NCBI GenBank assembly: GCA_031426555.1
Contig: JANPLN010000057.1
Location: 1 to 64,000 of the forward strand
Reading direction: 5' to 3'
Origin: Bdellovibrionales bacterium
GTDB taxonomy: Bacteria; Bdellovibrionota; Bdellovibrionia; Bdellovibrionales; JAGQZY01
Length of the DNA: 64,000 bases
In this document: positions 32,501-40,091 of the stretch, in pieces
Position numbering within the stretch: the stretch's first letter is position 1
How the letters are laid out: every line of letters begins with the position of its first letter
Notes under the pieces: generated by a model
Database searches by the model: none
Seen by the model: the letters and a program-made list of their open reading frames with translations, nothing else
What the model was told of the DNA's origin: nothing
Program-made: the position numbers and the translations under genes

Positions 32501-34278
32501 CCACGACTGGACAAACAGGACAGCTGATCATGCGCGAGCTTGTGGCAGGTGGTACCGACACCGTAGCGATTCGTGCACCGGATGCCATAGGAACAAGCTA
32601 CGCGCTCACGCTTCCGGCAACTGCGGGTGCAGCGAACCAAGTTTTAACCACAGACGGCGCAGGAATTTTAAGTTGGACATCCGGTGGCGCAGCTTCTATT
32701 GCAAATAACAGTTTGAATTTTGATAAATTTATTGATGCGATGACACTTGATGCAAGCACTGATATTGCGGCCACGGGCACGAACGTGCTTTCCATTACGA
32801 ATTCCGGAACGGGAGATTCCTTCCGCGTTAACGACTCTGCAGGAGATACGTCTCCTTTCTTGATTGATGCAGACGGTGATGTTGGGATTGGTACGACAGT
32901 TCCTGATGTGCCATTTCATTTTATAAATAGTGCTTCGAAGCCGTTCAAAATAGAGCGAAATACACCAGACAACATTCCTGCGGAATTTACTTTGTACAAG
33001 CAGCGAGGTATTGGCTCCGTACCTTCAGATGACACGGAGTATGCGCGAATCAACTTTGATTACGTAGATGGTGGCCCCGTACAGAGAACGGCTGCCACAA
33101 TAGCAGCCTCTGTCGATGGAAGTGTCGGGGTCAATGATACGCCTTCGCGCCTCGGTTTCTTCACAACGCTTGATGGAACAAATACGAATGTTGAACGCAT
33201 GAGAATTACGAATACCGGAAGCGTTAGTATAGGGACCTCGGCACCAGGAACACTTTTAGATGTGGCCGGTGCGATCACATCGCGTCCGTTCGGAACCACG
33301 ACTGGACAAACGGGACAACTGATCATGCGTGAACTTGCAGCCAGTGGCACCGACACTGTAGCGATTCGTGCGCCGGATGCCATTGGAACAAGTTATTCTT
33401 TAACGCTGCCAACAACTGCGGGAAGTTCGGGACAAGTGCTACGTACGGACGGTGCGGGGCTACTGACGTGGGTGAACAGCGATGCTGGTATCACTGCTGA
33501 CGTTTTAGACTTTACTCAGTTTTCAGATACGATGACCTTGGACGCTAGCACCAATATCGCAGCCTCTGGGACTAATGTGCTTTCCATCACCAACACTGGC
33601 ACAGGAGATTCATTTCGTGTGAACGATGAAGCGGGCGATACAACGCCATTTGTTGTCGATGCAAGCGGGAGTGTGGGAGTTGGCACAACAACGCCCGGAA
33701 ATGCTTTGCACATTGCCAACGGTTCTGTCCGCGTTCAGCCCGATGCAAGTTGGAGCTCGGGTGACGTTGCAAGAATTTTCTTTGGTGATACTGCGAAATT
33801 AATTCGTGGAAATTTTAATGGCTCTTTGGATATTGTCTCAGAAAATACGTTATCTCTATTCTCAGATAACACAGAAAGAATAAGGATTGCCACCAGCACA
33901 GGTTTTGTCGGAATTGGCACAACGTCTCCTCGCGGCCTCCTCGATGTTAACGGAACCATCGTGATGAAGCCTTCCACCTCCAACGCCGGAGCGACAATTG
34001 ATTTCGGCACCGGAAATCTTCAGCACACGGCGCTGGATTGCCAGGCGTTTATTTTACACAACATGAAAGATGGTGGGTCTTACACCTTAGCGGTCAAGGG
34101 CACAACAGTTGCTACTTGCAGTTTTACCGCTTTTTCCGATGCCGGAGGTTCGCAGTACGCTGGTGTCAATGTGCACATGCCGGTGGACCACGCGGCGACC
34201 ATCACAGGTAGGCACACCATCTATACGTTTTTAGTGATGGGTGGCGATGTGTATATTACCTGGATGCCGGGGCTTTAA
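26578..34278 (+). CDS. Mosaic fibre adhesin, fibre 3 (2566 aa)
   Basis: Same N-domain and repeat modules as fibre 2; cap ends VYITWMPGL. Confidence 0.85.
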   Translation: MVLRLQFYTLKRTTYLLGLLLTLPSVATAQTEPPQFMTVDGRLYDSNTPEDPLLDNSVLMQIQVLNPAKTCILYEEEQTVSTLSSNGYFNVRVGSPTSGGDSLKRTTNDSGNSMMEVFQNQAAVIAGRTSGGAVCSFTPSAGDSRHFRFTVTPSTTGVTSTLSPDMAIDSVPQSLVAETLQGMTPTDFVQTNTNVTQAKVNSLFGASYAGLTGLLAGSSSLYLQNTTNGTVIPGRTTNPLTPSAGQIWYDSDDNVLRYYDGTIVQTLSSGSSDPTKLPLAGGTMAGAIDMGTNDITDIGHMTQAAQRTFRFGAYTTAQQATLVATPLVAGHEGTVWYNTTTNKLMFWDGTAEFAVAPVDSVFGRTGAVVAAASDYDANQIDNTAAGTIAATDVQAAINELDSEKVAKAGDTMTGQLNMGPKGVAAGDGGAIAFTELAAGGTNTAKVRAPDALGANYVLTLPANDGDSGQYLQTDGNGVLSWVTPAGVGETNTASNQGAGGVGVFKQKTTFDLEFRNINAASNKVSVALDAGNNEIDINVAEANLDPAVIPNTAAGTIAATNVQAAINELDSEKVASTRAINTAAGSGLAGGGDLSADRSLSVNITGTAAETAVAGTDEILIYDASATALRKMTRTNFVLSETEVDAMVSNNGYLSAEVDTLATVTGRGATTATSITLNTQAQARFADSAGGEYAAIQAPATIGSNYVLTLPDAAGTNGQVLSTNGSGVLSWIAIPSAPVTSVFGRSGAVVAAASDYDANQIDNTPAGSIAANDVQAAINELDSEKVAKAGDTMTGQLNMGPKGVAAGDGGAIAFTELAAGGTNTATVRAPDALGANYVLTLPLNDGDSGQYLQTDGNGVLAWVTPAGVGETNTASNQGAGGVGVFKQKTTFDLEFRNINAASNKITVALDAGNNEIDINVAEANLNLGAIPNTPAGTIAATNAQAAINELDSEKVASARAINTAAGSGLSGGGDLSADRSLSVNINGITAETTAAANDELLIYDTSATALRKMARSDFLTGYLTAEADTLASVTGRGATTATSITLATQAQARFADSAGGEYAAIQAPATISTNYVLTLPDTAGTNGQLLSTNGSGVLSWIAIPSAPVTSVFSRTGAVVATASDYDANQIDNTPAGAIAASDVQAAINELDTEKVAKAGDTMTGALNIDNEQELRLSEADGSGANYVAIKALTTLGANYTLTLPADAGAVNQVLTTNGSGVLSWTTPAAVGETNTASNQGVGGVGFYDAKSGVDLQFRNLNAASNKVSVALDAANKEIDINVNEANFDPAVIPTTAAGTIAATNVQAAINELDSEKVAKAGDTMTGQLSMGPKGVAPGDGGAIAFTELAAGGTNTAIVRAPDALGANYLLTLPANDGDSGQYLQTDGNGVLSWVTPAGVGETNTASNQGAGGVGVFKQKTTFDLEFRNINAASNKISVALDVANNEIDINLAEANLDLGAIPNTPAGTIAATTAQAAINELDIDKVAKTGDSMSGALTFAAQNQTRFADSAGGEYAAIQAPATIGTNYVLTLPDTAGSASQVLTTNGSGVLSWTTPSTTPGADSLDFTLFADAMTLDASTDIAASGTNVLSITNGGTGNSFVVNDVASDTSPFVIDASGNVGIGTTVPGTPLDVVGAITSRPGGIATGQTGQLILRELVANGVNTFTLRAPDTLTTDRVLTFPDSNGTTGQVLQTDGAGVLSWATPSAAGITALTGDVTASGSGSVVATIANNTVTDAKFRQGAARSVVGVTGNSTANVADIQGTANQVLRVNGSGTALAFGAIDLSSSAAVTGALGVTNGGTGQTTANAAFNALAPNQAANNGRFLTTDGTNTSWAAPGTRLSNLTSAIATNTLANGDFGQIWDWDGLTSQTAMRLRTNSATSGTLLSLTNSYNNASSAGRVLKIDVTGTSNAAVPFMITNAGTANTLRLNDDGTDTDATPFVVDANGNVGIGTTGPGTILDVAGAITSRPFGTTTGQTGQLIMRELVAGGTDTVAIRAPDAIGTSYALTLPATAGAANQVLTTDGAGILSWTSGGAASIANNSLNFDKFIDAMTLDASTDIAATGTNVLSITNSGTGDSFRVNDSAGDTSPFLIDADGDVGIGTTVPDVPFHFINSASKPFKIERNTPDNIPAEFTLYKQRGIGSVPSDDTEYARINFDYVDGGPVQRTAATIAASVDGSVGVNDTPSRLGFFTTLDGTNTNVERMRITNTGSVSIGTSAPGTLLDVAGAITSRPFGTTTGQTGQLIMRELAASGTDTVAIRAPDAIGTSYSLTLPTTAGSSGQVLRTDGAGLLTWVNSDAGITADVLDFTQFSDTMTLDASTNIAASGTNVLSITNTGTGDSFRVNDEAGDTTPFVVDASGSVGVGTTTPGNALHIANGSVRVQPDASWSSGDVARIFFGDTAKLIRGNFNGSLDIVSENTLSLFSDNTERIRIATSTGFVGIGTTSPRGLLDVNGTIVMKPSTSNAGATIDFGTGNLQHTALDCQAFILHNMKDGGSYTLAVKGTTVATCSFTAFSDAGGSQYAGVNVHMPVDHAATITGRHTIYTFLVMGGDVYITWMPGL

Positions 34279-34428
34279 TTCCCGCTCGCTGAAGCAGCCA
34301 GCAGCATGCCAGAGTTCCACGGGTCCTAACGCAAAGGTCCACTTTTAAAATCTTGCTCGTAGAATCCATTGAGTTAGCATTTATAAGCGCACTTATTAGA
34401 TCAACAGCTGAAGGAACGGGCAGCCTTT

Positions 34429-35142
34429 ATGGAAGAAAAATTTAAAAAAATCACCCATGAGCCATCACTTGAACTAAATTTTTCGTTCAATATGGAAATC
34501 GAGTCGGCCTATGTGATCACTCTGCGCGGGCACGAAACCTCCGAGCGCCTTGCAAGGAGATGTTTAGAGTCGGCAAAAAACCACAATATGCCGATAAAAC
34601 TCTGGCCAGCCTATGACGGCACCTCGGGTGAGATCAAAACGCCCCATGAATTTCAAAACCAAAACTTCATGCGATGGTTTAAGGTTTTAGACCCCCACCT
34701 GTCTCCCACCGAAGTGGCGTGTTCACTGAGTCATATTTCGTTGTGGGCCCGCTGTGTAGAAATGGACAGACCTATCATAATCCTCGAGCACGACGCCATC
34801 GTTGTGGCGCCGTTTAAAGTTCATCCGCTGTTTAGTTGTATCACGTACCTTGGAAGCTACGAGCAAGCCAAGCAACAGTGGGCGGTGGTTCCAACACCGC
34901 CACACGGAAGCCACGGTGCCAATTACCATTTTATCTGTCGTGCGCATGCGTATTCGATTGATCCGTTTGTGGCAAAAAATATGCTGGCCCATGTTCTCCG
35001 TCATGGAATTTGTGAGTCCCTTGACCTTATGCTGAGGGCGGATCTGTTTCCTGTTCTGCAAGTGGGCCTCATTGCGTATGATGAGCCAGAAGGCACAACA
35101 ATTGTAAATCGCAAACGCGATCCCTACGGCACCAACCGCTAG
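34429..35142 (+). CDS. Glycosyltransferase family 25-like; paralogue of 10611..11327
   Basis: Near-colinear with it, sharing HGANYHFICRAHAYSIDP and LDLMLRADLFP. Confidence 0.8.
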   Translation: MEEKFKKITHEPSLELNFSFNMEIESAYVITLRGHETSERLARRCLESAKNHNMPIKLWPAYDGTSGEIKTPHEFQNQNFMRWFKVLDPHLSPTEVACSLSHISLWARCVEMDRPIIILEHDAIVVAPFKVHPLFSCITYLGSYEQAKQQWAVVPTPPHGSHGANYHFICRAHAYSIDPFVAKNMLAHVLRHGICESLDLMLRADLFPVLQVGLIAYDEPEGTTIVNRKRDPYGTNR

Positions 35143-35360
35143 GGAGAAACATGCAGCGAAAACCAAACCGTTCCAGCGTGGTGCAAATTGGTACCAAGCC
35201 CTTCACGTCTCAGTCTGAGTCAATCGAGCCCGTAATATGCATCTTTTGACGGGTTTATTTTCTCAATATGGAACGACTTAGTGATTCAGATTAAGACGAA
35301 AGATGCGGCGTCTTTTGCGGTTGGCAAATAATCAGGCGCTTCGGCGGCGGAATCGCCATT

Positions 35361-35410
35361 AACTTTCGTCCAGAGCCTTTATATTTACCGAAAAAAACCG
35401 ATAGGTTAAG
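35361..35410 (+). promoter_or_regulatory. Sigma28-like promoter of fibre 4
   Basis: AACTTTCGTCCAGAG, then TTTA-N15-ACCGATAG(35397). Confidence 0.65.
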
Positions 35411-38400
35411 GTGATGTTACGGTTTTATTTTTCTTTTTTAAAAAGTCTTTTGTGCTTTTTCGGTTTGTGCCTTTTTCTGCCAATTCTTGCAACAGCACAA
35501 ACTGAGCCACCGCAGTTTATGACTGTGGATGGGCGGCTTTATGATTCCACCACGCCTGAAGATCCACTCTTAGATAATTCCGTGTTGATGAAAATTCAAA
35601 TTCTCAATCCTGCAAAAACTTGTATTTTGTACGAGGAAGAACAAACGGTGAGCACGCTGTCTTCGAACGGATATTTTAATGTTCGTGTGGGATCTCCAAC
35701 AGCCGGGGCGGAGTCTTTAAAGCGCACCACGGCCACCATCGATGTTGGAAATTCCATGATGGAAGTGTTTCAGAATCAAAACGCAAGCATCCCTGGAAAA
35801 ACTGCGGGCGGTGCAGGTTGCGGATACATTCCGGCGGCTGGCGACACGCGATACTTTCGCTTTGTCGTTACTCCGAGCACCACGGCTGTAACGAGTACGC
35901 TGTCGCCTGATATGCAAATTGATTCCGTACCGCAGTCTTTGGTTGCAGAAACCTTGCAAGGCATGACTCCCTCGAATTTCGTGCAAACAAACACCGACGT
36001 GACGCAAGCAAAAGTGAACACATTGTTTGGAGCAAGTTATGCGGGCTTGACTGGATTGCTTGCCGGTAGCAGTTCTCTGTATTTACAAAATACAACAAAC
36101 GGCACGGTCATTCCAAACCGTGCGACGAATCCGGCCTCACCCACAGCGGGACAAATTTGGTACGATAGCGACGACTTCGTACTTCGCTACTACGACGGCA
36201 CAAGTGTCTTAACACTTGGCACGAGTGGTGGCGATCCCACCAAGCTTCCGTTAGCTGGCGGGACAATGTCGGGTGCCATCGACATGGCCACCAACGACAT
36301 CACCGATATTGGTCACATGACTCAGGCTGCGCAAAGAACATTTCGTTTTGGCGTGTACACCACAGCTCAACAAGCGACGCTTGTTGCGACTCCACTTGTT
36401 GCAGGTCACGAAGGTACTGTGTGGTACAACACCACCACCAACAAATTAATGTTCTGGGATGGCACTGCAGAATCTGCAGTAAGTCCTGTTGACAGTGTGT
36501 TTGGCAGAACGGGTGCTGTCGTAGCGGCAGCGAGCGATTACGATGCCGTGCAAATTGATAACACTCCTGCTGGTGCCGTAGCGGCAGTGACTGCTCAGGC
36601 AGCCATCGACGAATTGGATTCCGAAAAAGTCGCTAAAGCCGGCGATACGATGACTGGCCAACTGAATATGGGTCCAAGAGGTGTAGCTGCGGGCGATGGC
36701 GGAGCCATTGCGTTTACCGAACTTGCGGCAGGTGGAACAAACACAGCAACAGTTCGCGCCCCAGATGCGCTCGGTGCCAATTATGTCCTTACACTTCCCG
36801 CAAACGATGGCGACAGCGGTCAGTATTTGCAAACTGATGGAAACGGGATTCTCGCGTGGGTCACTCCAGCTGGAGTTGGCGAAACCAACACCGCAAGCAA
36901 CCAAGGTGTCGGCGGCGTTGGAGTTTACGACGCCAAGTCGGGCGTGGATTTACAATTTAGAAACATCAATGCCGCAAGCAACAAAGTTAGCGTAGCCTTG
37001 GATGCAGCAAACAAAGAAGTAGACATCAATGTAAATGAAGCCAATTTGGATTTAGCTTCAATTCCAAACACCCCTGCGGGAACGATTGCGGCTACAAACG
37101 CGCAAGCTGCCATTAACGAACTTGATTCTGAAAAAGTCGCAACCGCTCGCGCCATCAATACGGCAGCAAACAGCGGACTCGCTGGCGGCGGAGATCTTTC
37201 AGCCGATCGCAGTTTAAGCGTAAACATCACCGGCACAACCGCTGAAACAGCAGTGGCCGGTACCGACGAAATTCTCATCTACGATGCAAGCGCCACAGCA
37301 CTCAGAAAAATGGCTCGAACAAATTTCGTGCTCAGCGAAACCGAAGTGGACGCCATGGTGTCTAACAACGGCTACCTCAGTGCAGAGGTCGACACATTAG
37401 CGACAGTGACAGGCCGCGGTGCAACAACCGCCACAAGTATTACTTTAAACACTCAGGCTCAAGCGCGTTTTGCTGACAGCGCAGGCGGCGAGTACGCAGC
37501 CATTCAAGCTCCGGCGACGATTGGCGCAAACTATGTTCTTACGTTGCCAGACTCCGCAGGAGCTAACGGCCAAGTGCTTTCCACAAACGGTTCCGGAGTT
37601 CTCAGTTGGATTGCCATTCCATCAGCTCCCGTAACAACGGTGTTTGGCAGAACCGGCGCAGTTTTGGCAGTGGCGGGAGATTACACAGCGGCGCAAGTTA
37701 CAAACGTAGCTGGTGGTTCCGTAGCGGCAGTGACAGTTCAGGCAGCGATCGACGAGCTGGATGCAGAAAAAGTGGCAAAAACTGGTGATTCAGTCAGCGG
37801 AGCTATCACGTTTGCCACACAAAACCAGGCTCGATTTGCCGACAGCGCGGGTGGTGAGTACGCAGCTATTCAGGCACCGACCACCATCGGTGCAAACTAT
37901 GTTCTCACTCTTCCAGACACAGCGGGCAGTGCGAGCCAAGTTTTAACTACAAACGGGGCGGGGGTACTTAGTTGGACTACCCCATCCACTGTTCCTGCGG
38001 CAAATAGTTTAGACTTTACTCACTTTGTTGATGCGATGACCCTCGATGCATCGACCGATATTGCAGTTACAGGCACGCGAGTGTTTTCAATTACAAATTC
38101 CGGCACAGGAAATTCGTTTTTAGTCAACGATGTAGCGAGTGATACAAGTCCCTTCGTGATTGATCAGAGCGGAAGCGTTGGTATCGGAACTACAGCGCCG
38201 GAGTTTTCAGTCCATAACGTGACTCCAATTGCGGATTCAACACCATCCTACGTTGTAGATGCTCAGGGAAATACCGCATCCACCGGACCTGCTTTTATTG
38301 GTCGCCGCGCCCGCGACAGCGCAGGAACTCCTTCGGCATTGCAGACAGGTGACGTTATTGCGGTATTTGGCGCACGAGGATACATCGGAGGTTCTTGGGC

Positions 38401-40090
38401 AACGGGGAGCTCAGCATCCATTGCCATGACAGCTCAAGAAAACTTTACTGGATCTGCTCGTGGCACGGCCATTGATTTCCAAACCACAGCCTTGGGATCC
38501 AATGGACGGACTACAAAAATGTATCTTACTGGAGATGGATCTTTAGGGCTTGGCACAACCGGTCCCGCCACATTGCTTGACGTGGCTGGGGCGATCACTT
38601 CAAGACCCAATGGCACAGGCACCGGCCAAACCGGGCAACTGATCCTGCGCGAGCTTGCCGTCGGAGGATCCGAAGCGGCAACTCTGCGTGCACCGGATGC
38701 AATAACTACAAGCTATGTTCTTACGCTTCCGACATCAGCAGGAAGTTCAGGACAGTTGCTACAGACCGACGGTACGGGAGTTTTAAGCTGGGTTACTGCC
38801 GCTGCGGCAGTGGTAGATGACAGTTTGAGTTTTGATAAGTTTGCAGATTCAATGACATTAGATGTAAGCACGGATATTTCTGCCACTGGTACAAATGTTT
38901 TTTCGATTACTAATTCTGGGACAGGAGATTCGTTGCGTGTAAACGATGAGGCCGCAGACGCAAGTCCATTTGTTATCACTGCTGCAGGAAATGTGGGTAT
39001 AGGAACAACAACTCCTGCGAACAGGTTGTCAGTGCAAGACGGTGGAATTTCTATTTCAGGTGATATGAGTGTTACGGATCCACAAATAAATATAAACCCA
39101 ACAGATAATCTGACATTTTATACAAATACGGTGGACGAGCGAAAACTGCGCATGTCCATGGCTGCATCTGCAGATACCACCTTCGGATACCAGATTGCAT
39201 GGTTAAATAACAACGGAACCCAAAGAAGAGTTGGTGCACTTTACCATAAAGACGGCGATGTTTTTTTTCCTCAGGGAAGTCTTGCTGTCGGAAAGACTTT
39301 TCCTACTTCACGCTTGGATGTCGCTGGAGCCATAACTTCACGTCCAAACGGAACGGGCACAGGACAAACAGGCCAAATCCTCATGCTCGAACTATTAGCT
39401 AACGGAGCACATAGCGCGACAATTCGTGCGCCCGATTCAATTTCTGCAAACTACACATTAACGTTGCCAGGGGATGATGGCACTAACGGCCAAGTGCTAC
39501 AAACAAATGGCAGTGGAGTGCTCAGCTGGGTCAGTTCGGTCGCTCCCGCCGCCGACTCCCTCGATTTTACACACTTCTCCGATACTATGAGCTTGGATGA
39601 CTCAACCGATATTGCCGCAAGCGGTACAAATGTACTTTCCCTCACTAATACCGGCACAGGAAATTCTTTCGTAGTTAACGATGTGGCGAGTGATGCGACT
39701 CCCTTTGTAATTGATCAGAACGGAAATGTGGGCATTGGAACAACTGCTCCGCGAGCGTCACTTGATGTGAACGGAGCAATAACCTCTAAGGCCTCGCTCA
39801 GTGTGGCCTCAACAACTGTCAATTATCTCAGTAACAACCTTGCTCACACCACCCAAAACTGCCAGGCCTATGCTCTGTGGAATTTAAAAGACGGTGCGAA
39901 TTACACGTTTGCGGTGCAGGGCACCTCCTCGTCGACGTGCTCTTTCACCGCCTTTTCGGACGCCGGCGTGACGCCGCTTGCGGTTCGGCTCCCACCGGGA
40001 CATTCAGCTACGTACGGTACGTTTCAGACACTTTATTCGTTCGTGGTTCTGGGCACCACAGTCTTTGTCGCCTGGGTAACGGGATACTGA
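35411..40090 (+). CDS. Mosaic fibre adhesin, fibre 4
   Basis: Same N-domain and repeat modules; cap ends VFVAWVTGY. Confidence 0.85.
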   Translation: MMLRFYFSFLKSLLCFFGLCLFLPILATAQTEPPQFMTVDGRLYDSTTPEDPLLDNSVLMKIQILNPAKTCILYEEEQTVSTLSSNGYFNVRVGSPTAGAESLKRTTATIDVGNSMMEVFQNQNASIPGKTAGGAGCGYIPAAGDTRYFRFVVTPSTTAVTSTLSPDMQIDSVPQSLVAETLQGMTPSNFVQTNTDVTQAKVNTLFGASYAGLTGLLAGSSSLYLQNTTNGTVIPNRATNPASPTAGQIWYDSDDFVLRYYDGTSVLTLGTSGGDPTKLPLAGGTMSGAIDMATNDITDIGHMTQAAQRTFRFGVYTTAQQATLVATPLVAGHEGTVWYNTTTNKLMFWDGTAESAVSPVDSVFGRTGAVVAAASDYDAVQIDNTPAGAVAAVTAQAAIDELDSEKVAKAGDTMTGQLNMGPRGVAAGDGGAIAFTELAAGGTNTATVRAPDALGANYVLTLPANDGDSGQYLQTDGNGILAWVTPAGVGETNTASNQGVGGVGVYDAKSGVDLQFRNINAASNKVSVALDAANKEVDINVNEANLDLASIPNTPAGTIAATNAQAAINELDSEKVATARAINTAANSGLAGGGDLSADRSLSVNITGTTAETAVAGTDEILIYDASATALRKMARTNFVLSETEVDAMVSNNGYLSAEVDTLATVTGRGATTATSITLNTQAQARFADSAGGEYAAIQAPATIGANYVLTLPDSAGANGQVLSTNGSGVLSWIAIPSAPVTTVFGRTGAVLAVAGDYTAAQVTNVAGGSVAAVTVQAAIDELDAEKVAKTGDSVSGAITFATQNQARFADSAGGEYAAIQAPTTIGANYVLTLPDTAGSASQVLTTNGAGVLSWTTPSTVPAANSLDFTHFVDAMTLDASTDIAVTGTRVFSITNSGTGNSFLVNDVASDTSPFVIDQSGSVGIGTTAPEFSVHNVTPIADSTPSYVVDAQGNTASTGPAFIGRRARDSAGTPSALQTGDVIAVFGARGYIGGSWATGSSASIAMTAQENFTGSARGTAIDFQTTALGSNGRTTKMYLTGDGSLGLGTTGPATLLDVAGAITSRPNGTGTGQTGQLILRELAVGGSEAATLRAPDAITTSYVLTLPTSAGSSGQLLQTDGTGVLSWVTAAAAVVDDSLSFDKFADSMTLDVSTDISATGTNVFSITNSGTGDSLRVNDEAADASPFVITAAGNVGIGTTTPANRLSVQDGGISISGDMSVTDPQININPTDNLTFYTNTVDERKLRMSMAASADTTFGYQIAWLNNNGTQRRVGALYHKDGDVFFPQGSLAVGKTFPTSRLDVAGAITSRPNGTGTGQTGQILMLELLANGAHSATIRAPDSISANYTLTLPGDDGTNGQVLQTNGSGVLSWVSSVAPAADSLDFTHFSDTMSLDDSTDIAASGTNVLSLTNTGTGNSFVVNDVASDATPFVIDQNGNVGIGTTAPRASLDVNGAITSKASLSVASTTVNYLSNNLAHTTQNCQAYALWNLKDGANYTFAVQGTSSSTCSFTAFSDAGVTPLAVRLPPGHSATYGTFQTLYSFVVLGTTVFVAWVTGY

Positions 40091-40091
40091 T

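Noticed and set aside
1..40090. Diversity-generating retroelement or shufflon acting on the fibres
   Set aside because: No reverse transcriptase or recombinase is in the window. Repeat copies are direct and differ mainly at synonymous sites of all bases, not specifically at adenines.
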